A DNA stretch of 12,087 nucleotides, from positions 1 to 12,087 of the forward strand of contig CAXBPH010000213.1 in NCBI GenBank assembly GCA_963977445.1. Direction: 5' to 3'. Each line of letters begins with the position of its first letter. The stretch's first letter is position 1. The position numbers were made by a program, and so were the translations under genes. The notes beneath the pieces are model-generated. The model had not been told where the DNA came from and made no database searches. It saw nothing but the letters and a program-made list of their open reading frames with translations. The stretch is from an uncultured bacterium (GTDB lineage: Bacteria; Hydrogenedentota; Hydrogenedentia; Hydrogenedentales; JAEUWI01). Below, piece after piece: positions 1 through 8,000 of the stretch.

Positions 1-266
1 CTAGGAGTCTGACTCCGAATCCACGCGGATGCACGTTTGGCCCCAGTGCGCCGGATGCAAGGCGCAGAAACAACGCGACCTGACGGTCGTTGCGGTTCTG
101 CAACGCAGCAGACGGTGTGCTGGGGCCAAACCCTTCGGGCGAAACCATTTGCGGCGCATTGCTTTGTCGCTCCTCCTAACAATATCAATAGTGCGTCCTC
201 GTCGCTCCGCACACTGCTTGCAACTGATTTCGCGTGCGCCACGGGGATTCGGAGTCAGACTCCTAG
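1..266. mobile_element. MITE-like non-autonomous element (perfect TIRs, CTAG at both ends)
   Basis: 1-22 CTAGGAGTCTGACTCCGAATCC is the exact reverse complement of 245-266; imperfect pairing continues to about 35/233; no transposase ORF inside; the interior folds into two long hairpins. Confidence 0.75.
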
Positions 267-364
267 GCGACGGTGGGTCGGTAGAATTTGATCAGGAGAT
301 GTTGCGCCTGTTGATGGAGCTACGGTGAAGCCTACCTCACGTCAGACGTTCTCGAGGGTCAAGG

Positions 365-392
365 CACCCGATCGTGAGTACACGATCGGGTG
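365..392. repeat. Perfect 12-bp hairpin, REP-like unit / possible terminator of the - strand hydrolase gene
   Basis: CACCCGATCGTG-AGTA-CACGATCGGGTG, about 40 nt past the stop at 435; no clear U-tract; flanking motifs recur at 4695-4808. Confidence 0.55.
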
Positions 393-434
393 GCACCCTG
401 GTCGTTTTCTGGCTGACACGCGTCGTCCTCTAAG

Positions 435-1847
435 TTACACCACCGTTTCTTTCAGGAGGGCACTGAGTCCCTGGCTCAATTCCCGGCCCGCTTCGTGGGC
501 ATAGGGGGGGATATCAAGAATCATGGGCACGGTCATGGCCGCATACTGGCCACCATTGCCGGGCAGGAAGGACTTGGGGTCCGCCACGTAACCGATGAAA
601 CCATCGGTGTAGCCCGTCACCATGGTGTGGTCAAAGGGTGAATCATTGCGGGCCCGGATGCCGTAGTAGCTGAAAAGTTCGGCGGGGTGAAAGGCAATAC
701 CTACATTGCCCAATTGGAGCGCGCTGATGGTCGCGGGGTATTTGGGGGCCTCCCACTTCCGATTGACGTTCGCTTCATACCACTCCTTGGCAAAGCCCGC
801 GTCGACCCAGTTGCCACTGGCACAGGCGTCCGGGTCGGCGGCATAGGTAGCCAGCCAGTTCCGGTAATTATCGAGATCGAGGGACATCTGAAAGACTTGG
901 GTAGTGGCCCGTAGCACGTCCACGTCGATGGGCTGTAGGGCCGCCATAGCCCCCTTAATCCCGTCGAAGGTGGCATTTGCCGATTGCTCTGCTTCGCCAA
1001 TCCATTTCACGCCATTGCCGGGGTTTACGTCGCCCGCGTGTCCCTGGAGGTAAGAGGGCGTGACCTGGAAGGTTTCCTGAACCCGCTGGGTAACGAGGCC
1101 CGGCCAATCGGGGCCTGCGGCACCATCGTTGTAACAGACCGGGTGGGAGGCGAAGTTATACCAAAGGATGTTGTGCTTTCCGTTGCCCCGTTCGAAGTAG
1201 AGGACCTGAAGGAGCGTGTCCAGCCAGCGGTCGTCGTCGGTGGCCTCGGGGGTATACTCGGCGTCCGTTTTCCAGGTTTTCGACGTGCGGTTGAAGTTGC
1301 CGCCTTCGGCCCGGTGGGACCCGATGTGGGCGGTGGCTTCCGCGCAGTCGGCCTGGGCCTGGAGGACCGCGTCCACGGCCTTGGTCTCAACCGATTTCAT
1401 GTAGTCTTCGGGGATGGTGCCCCATTGGCGCCAAAAGGCGAAGGTGGGCATGGAATGGGTGTGGGTGGCGCAAAGACGCACGTTTGCCGCCGGGATGCCG
1501 GTTTTTGCTTCTACGGCATTCTGCACCCGGACTGCCATGGTGTCGGAGACCCCGGCGATATCGACGGAGATAATGGCCGCCTGGGTGTCGCCGTGCTGCA
1601 ACACCAGCGCCCGCACCGCCGTTGCCTGGCGGATGTCAGTGATGTATCGGGGCGTGCCGCCGGCTTTGTAGTGAAAACCCGCGAGTTCAATCTGGGTTGG
1701 CGGCGTCGAGTCGACGTGGGCCTCTCCGACACGGAAGGGCGTCGCCGCACGGGCCTTGAGGATAGTGGGGCCTACCAGTGCGGCAGCGGCACCGCCGAGG
1801 GTGCGTGCGATAAACGAGCGACGGGTGGGGGTGTCAGGGTGTTTCAT
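435..1847 (-). CDS. Tat-exported neutral/alkaline ceramidase-like metallohydrolase
   Basis: 470 aa; N-terminal TRRSFI twin-arginine motif, hydrophobic stretch and ARA cleavage site; family motifs LAGF, ATHTHS, NFASHP, GPDWPG, QGHAGDVNP, PAELF, GY..GY. Confidence 0.8.
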   Translation of the reverse strand: MKHPDTPTRRSFIARTLGGAAAALVGPTILKARAATPFRVGEAHVDSTPPTQIELAGFHYKAGGTPRYITDIRQATAVRALVLQHGDTQAAIISVDIAGVSDTMAVRVQNAVEAKTGIPAANVRLCATHTHSMPTFAFWRQWGTIPEDYMKSVETKAVDAVLQAQADCAEATAHIGSHRAEGGNFNRTSKTWKTDAEYTPEATDDDRWLDTLLQVLYFERGNGKHNILWYNFASHPVCYNDGAAGPDWPGLVTQRVQETFQVTPSYLQGHAGDVNPGNGVKWIGEAEQSANATFDGIKGAMAALQPIDVDVLRATTQVFQMSLDLDNYRNWLATYAADPDACASGNWVDAGFAKEWYEANVNRKWEAPKYPATISALQLGNVGIAFHPAELFSYYGIRARNDSPFDHTMVTGYTDGFIGYVADPKSFLPGNGGQYAAMTVPMILDIPPYAHEAGRELSQGLSALLKETVV

Positions 1848-2097
1848 AAGTAAATCCCGATGGTAGGTTTTGACGATAGGAATGCCTGGAGTCTGGTTGA
1901 AGCCAGTTTAGCAAGGGGGGGGCCGAGATACCAGCCGTATCAGGAACACGCGAAACCGATCTCCCATCCAATCGGAATGCCGCCCGAAATACTTGGGGGC
2001 TGGGTACCGCTACCGATTGATTCACAACCCGTTTCCAATCCACCATGACGCGCTGCAATCGGAAACGGTCCCCGGGAAAGGTTGCCGCGCCGGGGTA

Positions 2098-2103
2098 TAT
2101 AAT
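2098..2103 (+). promoter_or_regulatory. Candidate sigma70 -10 box for the TfoX_N gene
   Basis: Perfect TATAAT 50 nt upstream of ATG 2154; no good -35 at canonical spacing; AAGGA Shine-Dalgarno at 2141-2145. Confidence 0.4.
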
Positions 2104-2153
2104 CGAACCAAGAGCAGTGGGCGATTCCACGACGACACGGAAGGAATTCAATC

Positions 2154-2495
2154 ATGGCATACGACGAAGGACTGGCATCACGGTTGGAAGAAATAATCCT
2201 GCGCGACTTCGTACATGTGGGTGGGTTGACGGAGACCCGCATGTTTGGCGGCTTCGGCTATTTGCTCAATGGCAATATGTGTATGGGTATCCAGAAGGAC
2301 ACCCTGATTATCCGCGTGGGTGTTGATGTGGCTGAAAGGCTCCTGGCCGAGGCGGGGGTCCGTCCCATGGACCTGACGGGTCGGGTGATGAAGGGGTGGG
2401 CGACGGTGGAGCCGGAGGCCATGGAAGACGACGATGAGTTGCTCCGTTTTTGCGGACTTGCCATCAAATTTGCCGGTGAATTGCCCCCGAAATGA
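2154..2495 (+). CDS. TfoX/Sxy family N-terminal domain protein
   Basis: 113 aa; MAYDE.LA.R start, RMFGG.G.L.NGNM, L..RVG, PMD.TGR.MKGW, typical of stand-alone TfoX_N proteins; SD present. Confidence 0.85.
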   Translation: MAYDEGLASRLEEIILRDFVHVGGLTETRMFGGFGYLLNGNMCMGIQKDTLIIRVGVDVAERLLAEAGVRPMDLTGRVMKGWATVEPEAMEDDDELLRFCGLAIKFAGELPPK

Positions 2496-2585
2496 CGATG
2501 GTATAGGCGGTTGGGGGTGCCATCGCTGGGGCCAACCGCGGGGACGATTGGGGGCATGGATTATCACCCACGTCCGATGAGGGCG

Positions 2586-2591
2586 TATAAT
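2586..2591 (+). promoter_or_regulatory. Candidate -10 box for queE-queD-queF
   Basis: Perfect TATAAT 38 nt upstream of queE ATG 2630; -35 weak. Confidence 0.4.
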
Positions 2592-2629
2592 AGGGATAAA
2601 TCGGGTCTGCAACCCTTCTGGAACCCCCT

Positions 2630-3313
2630 ATGTCCTCCATCACAGCGCCATCACCTGCCGAGACCACGGTACGGATGAATGAAATCTACTGCAGCGTCCA
2701 GGGCGAAAGCACCTGGGCCGGGCTGCCGTGTGTATTCATTCGACTCGCCCGGTGCAATTTGCGCTGTCGCTGGTGCGATACGACCTACAGTTTCCACGGG
2801 GGCGAAAACCAGACCATCGCCGAGATTCTGACCCTGGTGGCTGCCTACGGCGTGCCCCTGGTCGAACTCACCGGCGGCGAGCCCCTGGCACAAAAATCCT
2901 GCATCCCCCTCGCTCAGGCGCTGCTGGACGAAGGCTACACCGTACTTATCGAGACGAGCGGCTCCCTGCCCATCAACACCCTGCCCGACCCCGTCATTCG
3001 CATCATGGACCTCAAGTGCCCCGATAGCGACATGAGCAAACACAACGACTGGTCCAATATTGACTATCTCCGGGCCGACCGGGACGAAGTTAAATTTGTG
3101 ATAGCCAGTCGTCGTGATTATGAATGGAGCCGGAATGTGGTCAGGCAGTATAATCTGACGGAACGCTGCCGGGCCGTCCTGTTTTCACCGGTCTTCGGCG
3201 AAGTGAAAGCGAAAGATATTGTCGATTGGATGCTGGAAGACGGCCTGAACGCGGTGCGTTTTCAATTGCAGATGCATAAGTTTATCTGGCCGCCCGACGA
3301 GCGGGGCGTATAG
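2630..3313 (+). CDS. queE: 7-carboxy-7-deazaguanine synthase (radical SAM)
   Basis: 227 aa; EIY.SVQGE, FIRL..CNLRCRWCDT (CxxxCxxC), LTGGEPL, IETSG, MDLKCPDS, QLQMHKFIW; adjacent to queD/queF. Confidence 0.95.
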   Translation: MSSITAPSPAETTVRMNEIYCSVQGESTWAGLPCVFIRLARCNLRCRWCDTTYSFHGGENQTIAEILTLVAAYGVPLVELTGGEPLAQKSCIPLAQALLDEGYTVLIETSGSLPINTLPDPVIRIMDLKCPDSDMSKHNDWSNIDYLRADRDEVKFVIASRRDYEWSRNVVRQYNLTERCRAVLFSPVFGEVKAKDIVDWMLEDGLNAVRFQLQMHKFIWPPDERGV

Positions 3314-3419
3314 CGCGTTTTCCTGCGCTCCTGCTGCATTGCCCAAGGTAGTGTAATCCAGGGTGCCGTCGTGGTGATGTCTTCAACAGCACCGGGCCAC
3401 AAACACGTACAAATTATTC

Positions 3420-4139
3420 ATGCGGAGTAAGAATTCCTTGATAGCCCACCTGACAAAAATTGCCTATGTGGAAGCGGCCCATCGTAACCCGGCGGGCAAC
3501 GAAAAACAGCAACGCCTCCACGGCCACAGTTACAAAGTCGAAATCCTCGCCAAGGGGGGACTGCTGCCCGGTGTGGGCTGGATTGTGGATTACACGGCCC
3601 TGAAGGACCTTTTTCGGGACCTGTATGACCAACTCGATCATGCGACGCTGAATGATGTGCCGGGGTTGGAAAGCGACACGACCGTGCCCGCCCTGGAGCG
3701 TTGGATTGACGCCCGTATAGTGCACAAGCCCACGTGGTATGACGGCGTGCGGGTGACCATCGACGGCGATTTGGATTTTGTGCCGGTCCGTTTACCTGCG
3801 CTGGCCGCAGAGAAGTTGCCGGAGCGCATTCGGTTCAGCTTTGAAGCAGCCCAGTCCCTGCCCCAGCTTCCGGCGGCCCACCCCTGCCATTGTGTCCACG
3901 GGCACAGCTACTGGTTTGAAGTGGGAACGGAAAACCTGGATGGCCTCGAAGTCCACCTGCGGGCTATGTATGACGAACTTGACCACACCTTTCTCAACGA
4001 GATTCCGGGACTGGAATGTGCCACCTGCGAGCGCATCTGTGCGTGGGTGTGGGATCGGCTGGTGGAGGCTGGCGAAACGCCAACGGCCGTGGTCGTTCAG
4101 GAAACCTATACCGCCCGCTGCATGTACTTCGGCGAGTAA
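3420..4139 (+). CDS. queD: 6-carboxy-5,6,7,8-tetrahydropterin synthase, tandem two-domain (duplicated PTPS T-fold) form
   Basis: 239 aa, about twice normal length; two repeats of EAA(H/Q)...HGHSY...LDH..LN..PGLE; lies between queE and queF. Confidence 0.85.
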   Translation: MRSKNSLIAHLTKIAYVEAAHRNPAGNEKQQRLHGHSYKVEILAKGGLLPGVGWIVDYTALKDLFRDLYDQLDHATLNDVPGLESDTTVPALERWIDARIVHKPTWYDGVRVTIDGDLDFVPVRLPALAAEKLPERIRFSFEAAQSLPQLPAAHPCHCVHGHSYWFEVGTENLDGLEVHLRAMYDELDHTFLNEIPGLECATCERICAWVWDRLVEAGETPTAVVVQETYTARCMYFGE

Positions 4140-4156
4140 GCAAGGAGTTTAAGATC

Positions 4157-4606
4157 ATGGATAACCCTACCCCGGCCAAAAAACAATTCAAGGCCGAAGA
4201 CAAAATGTTGCCCTTCAAGGGGCCGGAAGCGATCGAGTCTCACCTCCTGGAGTGCTTCGCCTACGAGTATGCCGACAAGCCTTACGGCCAGGCCATGGAA
4301 ATCGAGACCGAAACGGACGAATTTACGTCGGTGTGTCCCTTTTCCGGTTTACCCGATTTTGCCGTTGTGCGCATCGCCTATGTGCCCGATCGGGACTGCC
4401 TGGAACTTCGCTCGCTCAAATACTATCTCCTTTCCTATCGTGATGTGGGCATCTGGTATGAGCATCTGGTCAACCGCATGCTGGAAGACCTCGTGAAGGC
4501 CTGCAAGCCCCGGTCCATGACCATAGAAATCACCTGCAATCCCCGTGGCGGTCTTTCGAGCACCGTAACGGCGGCCTATGACAAGGCCCGGATGGGGTCG
4601 TTGTAG
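4157..4606 (+). CDS. queF: NADPH-dependent preQ0 (7-cyano-7-deazaguanine) reductase, unimodular type
   Basis: 149 aa from ATG 4157 (AAGGAG at 4142-4147; the ORF-track start 4016 overlaps queD); EFTSVCPFSGLPDFA with catalytic Cys/Asp, QueF motif ELRSLKYYLLSYR, PRGG. Confidence 0.92.
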   Translation: MDNPTPAKKQFKAEDKMLPFKGPEAIESHLLECFAYEYADKPYGQAMEIETETDEFTSVCPFSGLPDFAVVRIAYVPDRDCLELRSLKYYLLSYRDVGIWYEHLVNRMLEDLVKACKPRSMTIEITCNPRGGLSSTVTAAYDKARMGSL

Positions 4607-4616
4607 CGTACTGACG

Positions 4617-4891
4617 GAATCAGGCCGCCCTCCTTTCTCTCAACCTTAAAATCAGTATCCTACGGTGACGTGTTCCAAGTTCAACGGACTGTCGGGGTCA
4701 AGGCGCACCCGACCATTTACTGCAGGACGGGGAGCAAGTACCCCGGCTCATCGACAACCCGACAAATTAGGTTGTTCGCCCGATACACCAAATTCGATCG
4801 GGTGGCACGAAGCGGCGTCGCTTTGGTTTGAATCGGGCCGCCCTCCTTCCACTCAACCGTACAATCAATATCCCACGGTGCCACGTGCTCC
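4617..4891. repeat. Imperfect ~60-bp direct repeat pair (4617-4676, 4830-4891) enclosing four small hairpins
   Basis: 44 of the first 51 nt identical by manual alignment; TTCCAAGT also follows both copies (4673-4680, 4902-4909). Confidence 0.8.
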
Positions 4892-4970
4892 GGTCATGTG
4901 TTTCCAAGTCAGCTTCACGCAAGAGGGAAGCGTCGGCGAATTGGGCAAGGACTGCATATCGCGCGTGACC

Positions 4971-4979
4971 TGCTATACT
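4971..4979 (+). promoter_or_regulatory. Extended -10 promoter candidate for the histidine kinase
   Basis: TG-C-TATACT 54 nt upstream of ATG 5034. Confidence 0.45.
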
Positions 4980-5033
4980 GCTTTCTGGGGAGTTGGACCT
5001 CTCAGGATATAACCGGGCGGAGCGTATGGGACG

Positions 5034-8000
5034 ATGCAGTGGTTGGCTATAGTTTTTCTCAGTCTCTGGGCTTCACTTCTTGCAATGCCAGGGTGGAGTG
5101 CATCAGACTTCGAAGTTAACCCGTTTCCCACCCCCAATGGTGCTCCTGTAGCGGAGGTCAATGGTATCGTGGAGGATGGTGATGGCGCTGTCTGGGTGAT
5201 TACCTGGGGCGAAGGGGTGCACCAGATAAATGGTACGTCCTGGAGCACCTATAGGGAAGCGGATGGACTGCCCGACGACTGGGTTCGAAGTATTTCTACT
5301 TCGCCGCGCGGTGGTGTTTGGGTCGGCACCGGCGAGGGTATTGCACGCATCCGGGAGGGGCGCATCGAGCCGATCACACAAGGCAATTTCCCCTTATTTA
5401 CGGACCCCGACATATACTTTGTCAAAGAAACAAGTGATGGTCGGCTCTGGGTGTCCACCCGAAATGGCACCATCCTCGTTCGAGATCCTGATGGTCTTGG
5501 ACCCGACGAAATCAAAGCAGGCTGGCGTGTGTTGGCCCATCCAGACAAGACAGGTGGCGACACGGTCGATCAGCTTGTAGAGGTTGGGCCAGGGGAAGTA
5601 CTGCTATCGATGCGCACCGGGGCAGCGATTTGGATACGGGGCGATGAATGGGTTGTTGACTCAACACTGGTGGCGGAGCTGGACTTCGTCCTGTATTCGG
5701 AAAACATGAATGGGGAGACCATCACCGGGGCATTTGCCAGCGGTGGCGCAATGTCTTACCGGTGGGATGGGGCTGCCTGGATCGCTACGGGATCGGGTCC
5801 GGCGGTGGCGCTCGAGCTGGCCAGTGATAAGGAGGGCCGGTTGTACATGGCAACCTCCAATGGCCTGTATGAGCACAATGAAATCGGCTGGGAACGGTGC
5901 GATTTTCCCAAGGCCCTGGGTGTTCCCTATCTGCAGCACATCCTGGTTTCGCAGGACGGTGCGATTTGGATGGGGGGCACGGAGGGGCTCTATCGCGCTA
6001 CGGTGCCTCCGTGGTCGCAGGAAGCTACCGAAATGACGGTATTGCTTCCCCGGGCGGACGACAAGCAGCCTCTTTTAGGAATCAATTCCGTCGGTACGGT
6101 TTTTCACTACGATGGAGACGGATGGAGCGAGAGATTTACGGTGGCATCGTGGCAGGATACATGGTATCCCGAAGATTCCATCTGGCTGGGCGATGGCCAG
6201 GTATGGCGTAATTCGCGACGTGAATATCAATGGTTGATGGTGGCCCGAAATCAACTCCACTTCATATCCAACGACCAATATATCGTCTACGATCTCGAAG
6301 AGGGACATGTAATTCGAGAGTCAATCCTGCCGCCGATGAGGCCGGCGACGGGGCGTTTTTTTCTAACAAAAGACGAGTCCTTGCTGTGGATTGCTGAAAA
6401 TGAAGTGTTTCGGAACGCGGGCGATTCCTGGCAGTCGTGGCCCCCGGTTCCCGGCTATACGCCGCGGCACACTACGGCGATTTATGAAAGAGAACCGGGA
6501 AAATTTTGGGTCGGTCTGGAAGATGGGATAGAGCTTTGGGCCGATGGGCAGGTGACGTACTATGGGGACGCCGACGGCATTGACTCTGGGGATTCGATAC
6601 ACGGGATTTGTGAGGCGACGAATGGTGAGCTCTGGTTTGGAAGCATGGGGTCGGGAATCTATCGCTACGATGGAGAGACTTTTCGTCAGGTGACTACCGC
6701 TGAAGGTCTTTATCGCAATTCCGTCAGAAACATCATACAAGCTAAGGACGACACGATCTGGATATCGTATCGGGGTACGGGGATTTCCTCCTATCGAAAT
6801 GACCATTGGGTCCACTACACCTTTGAGCATGGTGTGCCCAATGCAACCGTTATGGGTATTGGAGACACCGCTCCGGGGGCCATGTGGATATTCGCGAGCG
6901 ACGAGCACGTCTATCGCTATTTCCCCGACGTGCTGTCACCCGATACCCGCATCCTAGTAGGACCATCCACCCTGGATTCATCGGCGGTCGGCGTATTCTC
7001 TTTTACCGGACGTGACGCGTGGAACCAGACCCAGCCTTCGGAACTTCGTTATTCCTGGCGTATCGTACCTTACGATGGGGAGGGGCACGGGACTTCTTCC
7101 TGGACCATATTTTCGACGGAAGATACGGTGGTGAGCAATACGTTGTCACCAGGGGGATACCAGTTTCAGGTGCGTAGCTCGGATGCGGGAGGTAACATCG
7201 ATCCCACGTCGGCCAATCTAACGTTTGTGGTGCAACCACCCTTCTGGCGAAAGCCCGTGTTCTATGTTCCCGTCGCTTTCTCGTTGTTTCTCGCTGCCCT
7301 CGCCATGGCGTTTCGCTTTCGAAGTCACCGGGCCCTGCAGGCGTCGGAGGCGGCATTGCGATGTTCGGAGCAGGAGCTGAAAGCCCACCGTGACAATCTG
7401 GAGACACTGGTGGCGGCGCGCACCGATGACCTCGAAAAGGCCCAGGCGGAACTGATTCGGAAAGATCGTCTGGCAACCCTGGGGCAACTTACCGCGACCG
7501 TGAGTCACGAATTGCGCAACCCTCTGGGTACGATTCAAAGTTCCCTCTATATGATTGAAAAACGCGTTCGTGGTTCGGATCTCAAACTTGATAAAACCCT
7601 GGATCGGGTCTATCGGAGCGTTCGCCGATGTGATCACATCGTGGAAGAGATGCTCGATTACGCGCGCGTACGTACAAACGATCCGGTGCAGGTGTCATTC
7701 GACCCCTGGTTGCGGGAAACGCTGGCAGAAATTGAAATCCCGGAAGCGGTGGAAATGGATTTGGCCCTGGATTGCGGTGTGTCGGTGGCGATTGACCAGG
7801 AATCCATGCGGCGGGTGCTCATCAATCTGGTCGACAATGCCGTGCAGGCCATGGGCGAAATAGAAGATTGTGAGTCGACAATCCGCGTGATTTCGAAGCG
7901 GCAGCCCGACGAGGTGGTCATTCGGCTGGAAGACACGGGGCCGGGAATCCCGGAGGATGTTCTGGAGCACATCTTTGAGCCGCTGTTTTCCACCAAGAAT

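Noticed and set aside
29..328. Short ORFs 29-328 and 37-291
   Set aside because: Lie within the palindromic element; no recognisable motifs or transposase signature.
984..1853. 289-aa + strand ORF and similar antisense ORFs (e.g. 10278-11054, 6363-6908, 7695-8222)
   Set aside because: Shadows of well-supported genes on the opposite strand in GC-rich DNA.
2496..2629. preQ1 riboswitch upstream of queE (GGGTCTGCAACCC mini-hairpin)
   Set aside because: Lacks the class I loop consensus and A-rich 3' tail; no class II/III pattern recognised. Nothing convincing upstream of queD or queC either.
4016..4156. N-terminal extension of queF from the ORF track
   Set aside because: Overlaps queD; strong SD supports ATG 4157.
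4157..4606. QueF-like amidinotransferase (archaeosine pathway)
   Set aside because: The NADPH-binding QueF motif is retained.
4617..4891. CRISPR array
   Set aside because: Only two long imperfect repeats, about 150-nt spacer, no cas genes.
4665..5012. 115-aa ORF in the queF-kinase spacer
   Set aside because: GTG start without SD, spans repeats and the predicted kinase promoter, no family motif.
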